Of a stretch of 51,062 nt of DNA, positions 1 through 8,576 are shown piece by piece. Position numbers and translations under genes: made by a program. The stretch lies in the NCBI GenBank assembly GCA_000989765.1, contig LBOW01000004.1, positions 1 to 51,062 on the forward strand, in the 5' to 3' direction. The notes beneath the pieces were generated by a model. It did not search any database. It had not been told where the DNA came from and saw only the letters and a program-made list of their open reading frames with translations. This DNA is from Candidatus Woesebacteria bacterium GW2011_GWB1_33_22. Its GTDB lineage: Bacteria; Patescibacteriota; Microgenomatia; UBA8517. Each line of letters starts with the position of its first letter. Positions within the stretch are counted from its first letter, which is position 1.

Positions 1-300
1 GAACAGGTAAGCAGACTCGAAAAGGAAGTGCTAGATAAGGAAAAGTATTATAAATCCCTAGTTGACGCACTAAATAAGCAGATTAAAAACGGCGCTGAAG
101 GTCTACCCTTGGCACAGGGTCGTATTAGGGTACTAGAACAGGAGCTAGATGAAGCTAATAAAGCAAAGGGTAGAGCCATATTAGAAGCTCAGGAGAATAA
201 AAGTCAGTTTGAAGCGTGTCAAAAAGGAATAATTACCCCCACCATTCCGTTAATTATCAATTTGATTTTGCAGTATATAGGACAAGGAGTAAAGAAATAA
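1..300 (+). CDS. Partial (5'-truncated) coiled-coil protein, phage-like module
   Basis: Frame is open from base 1 to TAA at 300; E/K/L-rich helical sequence with a hydrophobic C-terminal stretch. Confidence 0.6.
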   Translation, partial: EQVSRLEKEVLDKEKYYKSLVDALNKQIKNGAEGLPLAQGRIRVLEQELDEANKAKGRAILEAQENKSQFEACQKGIITPTIPLIINLILQYIGQGVKK

Positions 301-302
301 TT

Positions 303-779
303 ATGGAAACGCAGCTGCCAAACAATGTTGTAGGACTCGCATCGATGTTCTCAGTTATTATATTGGGCATTTTTGCTCTGATTAGCTTACTAGACAAAAG
401 CCTAAATAATCGGAGAAAAATGATCTCAGATGCGGACAAAGAGCTCATAACCACTTTGCAAGAGCAAGTTAAGACCCTCAAAGAAAAGGCAGAAGGCGCA
501 GAGACACGTTCACTTAATACCCAAATGGATTTCGAGAAACTTAAAACCGAAAACCAAACCTTAAGGGAAATTCTCCAAGGCAGGGATGCCACAACCCTCG
601 AATTTCAAAAAGCAGGAATGGATGCCATAAAGCGAGCTGAGGCATCATATGCTTTGATAGAAAAAACATTTACATTAGTTTCTTCCCACACAGCAAGTAT
701 AGAGAAACTTTATAAAGCCATCGAGAAACACTTAGCCACTATGGAAACAAACAGTAAAGGAGGTGAAAAACATGGGTGA
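303..779 (+). CDS. N-terminal TM plus coiled-coil protein (possible phage lysis accessory)
   Basis: ATG at 303 preceded by AGGAG; one TM helix (VVGLASMFSVIILGIFALISLL) followed by coiled coil. Confidence 0.65.
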   Translation: METQLPNNVVGLASMFSVIILGIFALISLLDKSLNNRRKMISDADKELITTLQEQVKTLKEKAEGAETRSLNTQMDFEKLKTENQTLREILQGRDATTLEFQKAGMDAIKRAEASYALIEKTFTLVSSHTASIEKLYKAIEKHLATMETNSKGGEKHG

Positions 780-1023
780 AATTAACTATCCTTATTACAA
801 AACATTAATCTGGCGCTTCGTCAGAGCTGGAATTGCCGGAGGTGTATCAACAGTCATAGCAGTACAAGTTGTATTGCAACCTGACCTTTCAAATTATAAA
901 GAATACGCTTTAGCAGTTGCTGCTGGTTTTACTGCAGGATTTATATCAGCTATCGCCAAAACGGTAAGAGATTACCTTTCAGAAGGAGACAAAGCACACT
1001 GGACACAGAAGTTGCCTTTATAA
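772..1023 (+). CDS. Small two-TM holin-like protein
   Basis: Strong SD AAGGAGGTG at 757-765; 83 aa with two A/G-rich TM segments and a charged C-terminus, a typical holin layout. Confidence 0.55.
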   Translation: MGEINYPYYKTLIWRFVRAGIAGGVSTVIAVQVVLQPDLSNYKEYALAVAAGFTAGFISAIAKTVRDYLSEGDKAHWTQKLPL

Positions 1024-1029
1024 AAGAGG

Positions 1030-1308
1030 TTATCGCTTACCTTTTTTCTTTTCCTTCGTAGTTGGTTGTTCATTATTTAGTATGCCTTGGAGATCTTTCG
1101 TAAAGCCTTCAAAGGCGTTGGCATTTAACACTGTGAAGTAATTCGCATCCGGAGTCCCTGTAAAAATAAGAGTATCCCCAGGCTGTATATTATGTGCCTT
1201 TCTTAATTTTGCAGGGATAACCATTTGGCCCCGTGAACTTACAGGTGAAGTCCCGAAGACAATCATCTTTGCTTCTTTTTTCTCTTTTTGCTTACTTTTT
1301 TCAACCAT
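1030..1308 (-). CDS. AbrB/MazE/SpoVT-family DNA-binding protein
   Basis: Motif VSSRGQMVIPAKLRKAHNIQPGD. Confidence 0.9.
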   Translation of the reverse strand: MVEKSKQKEKKEAKMIVFGTSPVSSRGQMVIPAKLRKAHNIQPGDTLIFTGTPDANYFTVLNANAFEGFTKDLQGILNNEQPTTKEKKKGKR

Positions 1309-1433
1309 AAAATGAAATTAATTAGGAGGCAGATTATACATCAAATTAAGAAAAATCTTAATAATCTTAACTGAATAGTGTGTATTATACAACAAACCTG
1401 GAGAAAATACGCTCAGAAAATTGTCCATGTAAG

Positions 1434-1442
1434 TGCTATAAT
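1434..1442 (+). promoter_or_regulatory. Extended -10 promoter (TGcTATAAT) for the ncRNA/tRNA-His unit
   Basis: TGCTATAAT lies 6 nt before the start of the closing stem at 1449. Confidence 0.6.
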
Positions 1443-1448
1443 AAAATC

Positions 1449-1562
1449 AGCTGGCGATAGCAAAGGATGTAATGCCCATATGATCTTTAAGAGCTTGAAT
1501 CTGCAATCCCAAATCAGGAGTGATAGCAGTCCTTAGGTTCGAGCTAAGTACGGTCACCAGCT
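1449..1562 (+). ncRNA. Structured ~114-nt RNA of unknown class (divergent 5S rRNA-like candidate)
   Basis: Ends pair (AGCTGGCGA / TCACCAGCT); inner AAGGA/TCCTT helix; GC-richer than flanks; starts right after an extended -10. Confidence 0.45.
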
Positions 1563-1584
1563 CACATTATAGGTCTAGATATTT

Positions 1585-1662
1585 GGTGACTGTAGCTCAG
1601 TTGGTTAGAGCATCTGCTTGTGGAGCAGAGGGTCGGGCGTTCGAATCGCCTCAGTCACCCCA
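1585..1662 (+). tRNA. tRNA-His(GTG)
   Basis: G-1, acceptor GTGACTG/CAGTCAC, D arm GCTC/GAGC, anticodon arm TCTGC-TTGTGGA-GCAGA, T loop TTCGAAT, discriminator C, encoded CCA. Confidence 0.97.
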
Positions 1663-3240
1663 AACGGGAGAAAAGACATAATTTCCCCGAAGTTTAGGTT
1701 CAATTTGTGAGTCCGACACTACTTTTATTTGATTGTCTGCACTTACAGCCTTCTGAATAAGCATAAAAGGAGTATTGGCCTTGATTTCGAGCTTTTTGTT
1801 GTCTAATAACAAGTCCGACCCAATAACTTTGAGGATTGTCTTTCTGTCATCTATCGTCCCATGATTCCATTTATACTTAGCTCTTGATGCAAATTGTAAA
1901 GTATCAAGCATTAAATCAGTCCATGCCTCAACTCCCTCATCTTGAAGTTTAAGTTCCTCATCAAGTTTAAATAGCTTTTGTGTGTATGTTTGTTTCATCT
2001 CTCTATATTCGCTGTCTGTAAGTTGTCCTGAAAGCCACTTGTCATTTAATACATTTAACTTTGATGTCGTTTCTGTATGATCCCTTTTAATAACTGAGTA
2101 TGATATATCTCTAACTGACCTGTCTTGAGATTCTGCCTGTTTAACCCAATACCTAGCCCAGTCAACAAAAGCTTCTGATACTGTCATTGTATCTAAGAAG
2201 GAATCAATTTGTTGATCGAGGTCTTTAAGATTCACTCTCGGTTGAGAACATTCACTTTTTGACTTTCTGCTACATCTCCCGTAATTAAATACCAATCCAC
2301 TCTTTTTTATCTTGGTTTCAAAAGTGAAATGATAGCCACAAGTCTTGCATTTAATTGCTCCTGAGTAAGCAAAACTATGTGTTTGTGTTCTTGGATTAGC
2401 TTTTCCATCCAATACATCCTGCAGGGCGTCAAATTCTGTAGGTGTTAATATTGGCTTGTGAACACCATCGTATATAGATTTGTTGTACATAAACTTTCCA
2501 CAGTAAAACGGATTCCTAAGCATTCTGTAGATTTGACTTCTTGATATTTCTTTTCCGCGTGAGTTTTTAAGCCCCATTCTATTAGCTTGAATTCTTAAAG
2601 CTTCAGTTGAGTATTTTCCTGTCATTGCCATTCTTAACACTTGAGCCATTAAATCAAAATAAACGGGATGAGGTTTAATGTCTCTTTCACCCTGAAGTAG
2701 TGTCATGTCGTTATAATAACCACAGGGCGCAAGTATAGGGGCAATGCCCGCATCAACTTTTTTATTTAAACCTCTCCATGTATTCCTTGTTAAATCTTGA
2801 ATAAATGCTTGTGATTTTCCTCCCTCTACTGCTAAGAGTAGTGATGAATCATCTTTAGTAAATGTTTTAAATGGAGTAACAATAATTTCTATAATCTGAG
2901 AATCTAAAATCCACCGAATGCGCCCCTCATCAACAGGGTTTCTAAAAAGTCTTGAAGTGTCCCATGCCAGTATTCCCTTGATGTCTTTTCGTGTTTCAAG
3001 TAGTTTAACCATTTTGTTAAACTCAACACGATCAGGAGCTTTTGCACTTTTAGATTCTGAAAACTCCTGAAGAATTGGTAAGTTATTTTGTTTTGCATAT
3101 GCACGAAGCACCTCAAATTGAGAATCAATACTAGCCATTTGACGATCATCGCCTTCTGATGACTTTCTACAATATATTACAAACCATGTTTTCATAACTT
3201 CGCTATCCTTGGGCAGGTGTTGAAGGTTAGATAACTTCAT
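1651..3240 (-). CDS. Large serine recombinase (integrase)
   Basis: Catalytic YCRKSSE, DTSRLFRN, recombinase domain (LRNPFYCG), zinc ribbon CKTCG...C...C, coiled coil. Confidence 0.95.
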   Translation of the reverse strand: MKLSNLQHLPKDSEVMKTWFVIYCRKSSEGDDRQMASIDSQFEVLRAYAKQNNLPILQEFSESKSAKAPDRVEFNKMVKLLETRKDIKGILAWDTSRLFRNPVDEGRIRWILDSQIIEIIVTPFKTFTKDDSSLLLAVEGGKSQAFIQDLTRNTWRGLNKKVDAGIAPILAPCGYYNDMTLLQGERDIKPHPVYFDLMAQVLRMAMTGKYSTEALRIQANRMGLKNSRGKEISRSQIYRMLRNPFYCGKFMYNKSIYDGVHKPILTPTEFDALQDVLDGKANPRTQTHSFAYSGAIKCKTCGYHFTFETKIKKSGLVFNYGRCSRKSKSECSQPRVNLKDLDQQIDSFLDTMTVSEAFVDWARYWVKQAESQDRSVRDISYSVIKRDHTETTSKLNVLNDKWLSGQLTDSEYREMKQTYTQKLFKLDEELKLQDEGVEAWTDLMLDTLQFASRAKYKWNHGTIDDRKTILKVIGSDLLLDNKKLEIKANTPFMLIQKAVSADNQIKVVSDSQIEPKLRGNYVFSPVWGD

Positions 3241-3413
3241 TTAACACTAACCCTTTCTAAGGTGTCAATATCCTTTTGGTCTGGTTGTGCTAAAACTTTA
3301 AACATTTCGATAAAATCGTTTGCCTTTTTAACAACTTCTTCGTCTGATAAGGAAACGCTAAATTGTTTAAAATATATTTCTTTAAATTGTTGATATGCTT
3401 CAGTTGGTAACAT
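3237..3413 (-). CDS. 58-aa protein coupled to the integrase (not in ORF track)
   Basis: MLPTEAYQQFKEIYFKQFSVSLSDEEVVKKANDFIEMFKVLAQPDQKDIDTLERVSVK; its TGA overlaps the integrase ATG (ATGA) and it fills the gap between neighbours. Confidence 0.75.
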   Translation of the reverse strand: MLPTEAYQQFKEIYFKQFSVSLSDEEVVKKANDFIEMFKVLAQPDQKDIDTLERVSVK

Positions 3414-3765
3414 TTTTTTTACTTTCTATCTTGTCAATCTTTAAACTCTGATCAACAATGGTTTCAAAAGCCTTTTTCATTTCGTCTAAATAATAACTTT
3501 CTCTCTTTGATGAAGCTTCAATTGAATTTTGCAGTGTAGAGATTAAAGATTCCTTGTCTGCCAAGGTTTGTAAGAGTGTCATAATTGCGGAGTATTTATC
3601 TTTTAACCAATTCTTTAAACAATCCTCACAAACTGTTACATCAGTAATAAAAGCAGGAGATTCACATAATAAAATATCATTTGGAATGTATCTTGCTTTT
3701 GACCCCAGTTTTCCACAATAAAAACAGCTATTTATTCTGACTTCTTTTGTTTGTTGTTTAGTCAT
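3400..3765 (-). CDS. Hypothetical protein, CxxC...CxxC zinc finger plus coiled coil
   Basis: CFYC and CEDC pairs; in operon with the primase. Confidence 0.7.
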   Translation of the reverse strand: MTKQQTKEVRINSCFYCGKLGSKARYIPNDILLCESPAFITDVTVCEDCLKNWLKDKYSAIMTLLQTLADKESLISTLQNSIEASSKRESYYLDEMKKAFETIVDQSLKIDKIESKKNVTN

Positions 3766-3767
3766 AA

Positions 3768-4061
3768 TTAAACAGCTTCCCCTCCAAAAATAATTTCTGC
3801 GTATTGTAAAGTTGAGAGTTTGTCTAAATTAATGTTTCTTGTTTTAATATCCACATCATAATCTGGAGTGTGAATTAGAAAGCTTTTCAGTGCTATTTTT
3901 GAGTTAGTATTTAGTATTCTAATTACTTCTTCTAGTGGGAAATGAATCTTTTGTTTTTTAATAAAACAATTATCACAATTCCTTAATAAATAAGTTCCAA
4001 GGTTTTTTAAACCTACATCTATTTTTTCTGGTCTAAGTGATTTGATAATTAAATATTTCAT
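3768..4061 (-). CDS. Hypothetical protein
   Basis: Tightly packed in operon (1-2 bp gaps). Confidence 0.65.
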   Translation of the reverse strand: MKYLIIKSLRPEKIDVGLKNLGTYLLRNCDNCFIKKQKIHFPLEEVIRILNTNSKIALKSFLIHTPDYDVDIKTRNINLDKLSTLQYAEIIFGGEAV

Positions 4062-4062
4062 A

Positions 4063-6582
4063 TTAAAAAGGTATGTCGTTACTGTCGTCGTCTAAGTCTT
4101 CTACAAAAGGAATAACTTTTGGTTCTGATGGATGGATTGAGGCTGGTGTAGGAACTTTATCAATTTCGTGCCTGAGTGTAGCAACTCGGGTCGTTTTACT
4201 ATCCCTATGTGAGATTGTTTTTTTTCTAGGGAGCGATAGTAAAATGGAGTTAGTTGCTACACCCGTGCCTATTTCTTCAATAGTTCCTACACCTTTTTCA
4301 GTTTTTGGGTCATTTTTAGTCGTTTCTGTCTCCGTCAAAAATGGTGTTTTTTGTTCTGGGGCCACATATCCTTCCTGTAATGTAATTCCTGTATAAAACA
4401 TTCCCGTTTTTTTTCTGTCCCGAGGATGTCTGTCTCCCATTTTGGAGGTAAAAGCATTTCTAGTTAGAGCATCGTTATACTTTAGGCCTGATTCTTCGCA
4501 CCATGTACCATAGGTCTTGAATAATAATGAAGCCTTAACCTCTGCTTCTGGTGATTCAACACACTTATCAGATATAAAGTCAAAAAGATCATCATTTTCT
4601 GCCCTATAAGCGTCTGTTTCTAATCTAATTTCATCAGGAACAGGCTTCAACTCCTCTTTTTGCCAAGTCAAACAAGCTCGAACTAACCATACAAGTATTC
4701 CCTCTGCTTCTTGCTTCAATATTGCTTTTAAATTTTTGTCCTCTTTCTCCCCAGTAAAAGACACATTGAAGGGTATTAACCTAACTCTTCTCCAAAACCC
4801 CTTACTGTCATCATCACTTTTAGGTTTATGGTTTATAAATAACCATAACTTGGCTACTGGTTTAAAAGTAAAGAATTCCTTATTTAAAAATCTCGCCCTG
4901 AAGTTATCCTCACCTGTCAAAATCTTGAATCTCCTTTCATCCATTTTGCCTGTTGTTTGTGTCTCTGAACTTATCAAGAATCTTTTAAACTCTAGCCCTG
5001 CAATATCATTAGTATTTGTGTTTTGTGAATTCTTTTGTAATAAAGAAGCAGGGGCGTCCTGCGTATAATCTCCAAGTACAGTGTTTAAAGTATTAAACAT
5101 AACACCCTTACCATTGCTACCCGTCCCAAAGCAAAAGAAGGCGACCTGTTCCCTTGTATCGCCACTTATTGAATAGCCGAGGGCTTTTGATACAAAATGA
5201 ATAACTTCTTTATTACCGTTAAAAATCTCACTAATAAACCTCTCCCATCGTGGGCAGGTAGCGTTTGGATTAAAATTAATACGAGTACTCATCGTGATCC
5301 GATCCTCAGGTCTTCCGTCTCTTAACAAACCAGTCTTTAGATCAATTACTCCATTTTCACAACACAACAACATTGGATCTTCGTCCCAGTTTTCTCCTGA
5401 GTCAGCTACGGGTAGAGTACTTTTAGTTAATCCTAAACAGGAGTCAATCATCTGTTTGTTTTCACTTTTAATTGCCCATTTGGTTACAAAAAGTCTTTTT
5501 TTAAAGTCTTTTGTCTGAAGAGCTTCTCTTTGTCTAACCCTACTGGCCTTTATAGCTAATCGATTTACACTACCATCTACATCAGGTTGCCATCTATGTC
5601 CTCCCCAAACTAACCACCTACCTCGTTTATTATCAAATCTTAACTTATCTCCATATAGCTTAGCCAAGAATTCTGCATTACTAGCGTCTGTCAAATTTTT
5701 ACCTGCTTCTGCTTTTTCTATTTTTTCGGCCAATTTTTCCTGAGTTTCCTCATCAAACTCTGGAGGATTTTCTTTAACCTTATTCTCGGCGCTTCTCCAA
5801 AGCACTTCAAGATCCTTATCTGGTTCAGGAGGGGTACAGGTTCTATTGTCTGCCCCAAACCTTACCCAGCCAGCTTCTTCATCTATTCTACCCATCACAA
5901 TATCGTTCCAAAGTGAGTCTGCTAACTTTAAATGCAGATTATGTCTTTTTCCTATACTAAGTCCTAAAGCAGAATCCCTATCAAATCTCTCAGTTTCCCT
6001 TATTTCTTCACCCAAAAATGGTAACTTTGGTAATTCACTGTTGGGAGCTTCTTTTTCCCACTCATACTTATATATTTTCCCGTCTCTTTCCGCATAACTG
6101 GGTGTAATTACACAAAAACCCCCGTCTCCTCTTATATCCATTGGTTTATTGCCGATCCTAACTTTATTACGAGTTTCTATTCCTGACCACTTAAAGAATA
6201 CATGTAATCCTCCACTAATTGTTTTATCTACTCTAGTACTTTTTAAATTAAGATTTTTTATTAAATCCAACCCATCGACCTCTACATCTACCACTACTAC
6301 TCCGCTAATCTTTCCTGTGATAATTCCTATTCCGTTTTGGTTTGTATTATCAAACCACTTATGTAATTCTTCTTCTGTTGGTAATCTTCTCTGATATTCC
6401 TTCCATAAATTTAAAGCAGGTTTCTTTTTGAACTTCTGTTCTTTTTTATCCCACCATACTTTAGCTGGTACAACAGACCATCCTAAATCCAAATACTTTT
6501 TGGCGGTCTTAAATGTTATTTCATCAAATGACTGTATGGACTGCGGAGTTTCTGTCTGACTGTTTTGTTTATTGACATCCAT
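4063..6582 (-). CDS. P4-family primase-helicase (Prim-Pol + D5_N + SF3 helicase)
   Basis: Prim-Pol motifs VVVDVE, GGLHVFF, DIRGDGGF; D5_N (TDASNAEFL); Walker A GTGSNGKG; WRRVRLIPF. Confidence 0.93.
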   Translation of the reverse strand: MDVNKQNSQTETPQSIQSFDEITFKTAKKYLDLGWSVVPAKVWWDKKEQKFKKKPALNLWKEYQRRLPTEEELHKWFDNTNQNGIGIITGKISGVVVVDVEVDGLDLIKNLNLKSTRVDKTISGGLHVFFKWSGIETRNKVRIGNKPMDIRGDGGFCVITPSYAERDGKIYKYEWEKEAPNSELPKLPFLGEEIRETERFDRDSALGLSIGKRHNLHLKLADSLWNDIVMGRIDEEAGWVRFGADNRTCTPPEPDKDLEVLWRSAENKVKENPPEFDEETQEKLAEKIEKAEAGKNLTDASNAEFLAKLYGDKLRFDNKRGRWLVWGGHRWQPDVDGSVNRLAIKASRVRQREALQTKDFKKRLFVTKWAIKSENKQMIDSCLGLTKSTLPVADSGENWDEDPMLLCCENGVIDLKTGLLRDGRPEDRITMSTRINFNPNATCPRWERFISEIFNGNKEVIHFVSKALGYSISGDTREQVAFFCFGTGSNGKGVMFNTLNTVLGDYTQDAPASLLQKNSQNTNTNDIAGLEFKRFLISSETQTTGKMDERRFKILTGEDNFRARFLNKEFFTFKPVAKLWLFINHKPKSDDDSKGFWRRVRLIPFNVSFTGEKEDKNLKAILKQEAEGILVWLVRACLTWQKEELKPVPDEIRLETDAYRAENDDLFDFISDKCVESPEAEVKASLLFKTYGTWCEESGLKYNDALTRNAFTSKMGDRHPRDRKKTGMFYTGITLQEGYVAPEQKTPFLTETETTKNDPKTEKGVGTIEEIGTGVATNSILLSLPRKKTISHRDSKTTRVATLRHEIDKVPTPASIHPSEPKVIPFVEDLDDDSNDIPF

Positions 6583-6589
6583 ATTATTT

Positions 6590-6647
6590 AAAAAAAATCC
6601 CTAGGTGCTGGCGGGCAACCTAGGGGTTTTCCTAAACTTCCGCCAGC
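6590..6647 (-). promoter_or_regulatory. Terminator-like hairpin with loop-complementary upstream segment (attenuator/pseudoknot) in the primase leader
   Basis: 13-bp stem 6594-6606/6618-6630 followed by a U-tract on the minus strand; loop GCTGGCGG (6607-6614) is complementary to CCGCCAGC (6640-6647). Confidence 0.65.
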
Positions 6648-6743
6648 TTTATTTGGGGCGAGTATAAACTCGCAACAGTAGGTTAAAGCATTGAAAGATA
6701 TAAATATATTTCAGGAAGATGTGTAAATTGATGAAGAATAACC

Positions 6744-7508
6744 TTATTGATACATTTTCTCAACAAATTTTTTATAACGATTATACAGTCTAGCGATATC
6801 AATATAACTATATTTAGCCTCAATACTATCATCATTTATATTTAAATCCGCATGGTTGTCATTAATATAATTAGAAATTTCTTCGAAAGATTTCCCTTCA
6901 AATTCTCTTTTAAAAAACACAATCTGTGAGATTGCAAGTTTTTGTTCATTTATATTTCTTCCAAACTGTTTGGGAAGATTTTTGGCAATGAGACGCAACT
7001 TATCTGAAATTTCTTTGCTTTTTATCCAAACTGAAAATTCATTAGGTGTAAAATAGCTCTGAAAAATAATTTTAGGTCTTCCATGCGGATCAATAAAAGG
7101 TAATGGAACATCGTGTTCTGGATCATACAAATAAAAGGGCTCTCGTTTAGGCACAGGAAAAAAATGCGTAAGTATTAAAATTTGTATTGACAACTCCCAA
7201 TATAATGGCAAACCCGTCTTTTTAAGCAGAAATTGTGTGGATGAAGATAATTTGGTTTGAAAAGTTAAATCTAATTTTTTAATAAGTGATAATAATATAT
7301 GTTCGCTAGCAATCTCAGGATAATTTAGAGGCTTACCAAGTTTAATTATTTTTCTAATTCCGCCCAAATCCGAATATAGCTTATCTGAATCTTGAAGAAT
7401 CTTAGAAATTATTATTTCATACTTAGTTGCTTCTAATGCTTTATTATCCAAAATAAATTTATAATCTACCCAGATATTCGATTTATTAATCTTGTTCACT
7501 CGCCCCAT
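6744..7508 (-). CDS. Hypothetical protein (possible C-terminal DNA-binding helix bundle)
   Basis: 254-aa ORF; TAAAAT 6 nt upstream of the ATG. Confidence 0.7.
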   Translation of the reverse strand: MGRVNKINKSNIWVDYKFILDNKALEATKYEIIISKILQDSDKLYSDLGGIRKIIKLGKPLNYPEIASEHILLSLIKKLDLTFQTKLSSSTQFLLKKTGLPLYWELSIQILILTHFFPVPKREPFYLYDPEHDVPLPFIDPHGRPKIIFQSYFTPNEFSVWIKSKEISDKLRLIAKNLPKQFGRNINEQKLAISQIVFFKREFEGKSFEEISNYINDNHADLNINDDSIEAKYSYIDIARLYNRYKKFVEKMYQ

Positions 7509-7733
7509 GATTATATTTTACTCTAAATAATATGTATTATGAAAAAGTCAATTAATGAAGAGGAATAACAATTTTTTAAAGCTCGAGTATCGTTAACTCA
7601 TACAATTAATACTATATAGTTACAGTATCAGATACCATATAAGTTTATATACTTTTGAGGCTAAACTTACAACCAATTTTAATGGTACTTATATAGTATT
7701 GATTTAACCACAATTTTATTGAGATGATATCAA

Positions 7734-7949
7734 TTATCTGAAATGAAATAATTCTTTTATGTGAAGTTTAAGTTCTCTCGCTATTTTAAAGATAAGATAT
7801 ATTGAGGTATCAGTAACACCTCTTTCTATATTGCTAATAGTAGCAGTTTGGACACCGATACTAGAGGCTAATTGCTCCTGTGATATACCTTGAGCTTTTC
7901 TGAGCCGTTTGATTTTAGTGCCCAACTGTTTATTTATTTTAAATCCCAC
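7734..7949 (-). CDS. XRE-family HTH regulator
   Basis: IKRLRKAQGISQEQLA...TISNIERG. Confidence 0.92.
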   Translation of the reverse strand: MGFKINKQLGTKIKRLRKAQGISQEQLASSIGVQTATISNIERGVTDTSIYLIFKIARELKLHIKELFHFR

Positions 7950-7987
7950 AATTGAAGATTAATCAATCACAAAGTAAGTCTCTATAC

Positions 7988-8006
7988 GCTAGATTTTATG
8001 TCTAGC
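7988..8006. promoter_or_regulatory. Candidate operator palindrome GCTAGA-N7-TCTAGC
   Basis: Lies between the divergent XRE gene and the cargo operon. Confidence 0.35.
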
Positions 8007-8054
8007 CACAAGTTTATATTTAAAGTAGTGCTATAATATTTCTATCATCATAAA

Positions 8055-8537
8055 ATGGTCAAATATATATTGTTATCAATGTTATCAATTGGAGTTTTCG
8101 TAGCCATGCAATTTATATTAAGGATTTATTTCCCCGATGTTTCTTCTTATTCTGCTTCTAGTTCAAATGAGAACTCAACTATAATCTCCCCGACTACACC
8201 AACTTTCACTTCAGATCCAGACCCAATAATAACCTGTACAACCAGTGTTTCAAACTGTAAAGGTCAAACCTTGATTACGAGAAAAAGCGATTGCTCGAAA
8301 TCCATTTGTTGCGGACTACTGTATAGTGAGTGGAGACTTTTTCCTGACATAAGCTCGTGCCAACATCAACAGCTTATCGAACAACAAGCCACAAGAGTTC
8401 AGCCAATTCCCTATAGAGCACCTTCACAATATATACCATATGTGCCATCAAACCCAATACCTGAAACTCGAATCAATTTAGACCCAAACAGTTCACAATC
8501 ATATCCAGATTATCTTCATATCGATTTAAGCCCTTGA
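8055..8537 (+). CDS. Membrane-anchored Cys-rich hypothetical protein
   Basis: N-terminal TM, S/T/P linker, six Cys. Confidence 0.7.
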   Translation: MVKYILLSMLSIGVFVAMQFILRIYFPDVSSYSASSSNENSTIISPTTPTFTSDPDPIITCTTSVSNCKGQTLITRKSDCSKSICCGLLYSEWRLFPDISSCQHQQLIEQQATRVQPIPYRAPSQYIPYVPSNPIPETRINLDPNSSQSYPDYLHIDLSP

Positions 8538-8576
8538 TGATAAATACATATGTTAAAAAATACTAATTCGAAATAA

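Noticed and set aside
1345-1362. ATTAAGA-N4-TCTTAAT palindrome upstream of the AbrB-like gene
   Set aside because: Could be an operator, but it is AT-rich enough to arise by chance.
1514-1531. TCAGG...AGCAG resembling SRP RNA domain IV
   Set aside because: Only one base pair closes the tetraloop and the flanking helix pairs poorly.
4073-6394. Plus-strand ORFs antisense to the primase, and similar shadow ORFs opposite uvrA, uvrB, ppsA, dnaE, MFS and polX
   Set aside because: Fully antisense to well-supported genes, with no motifs or start signals.
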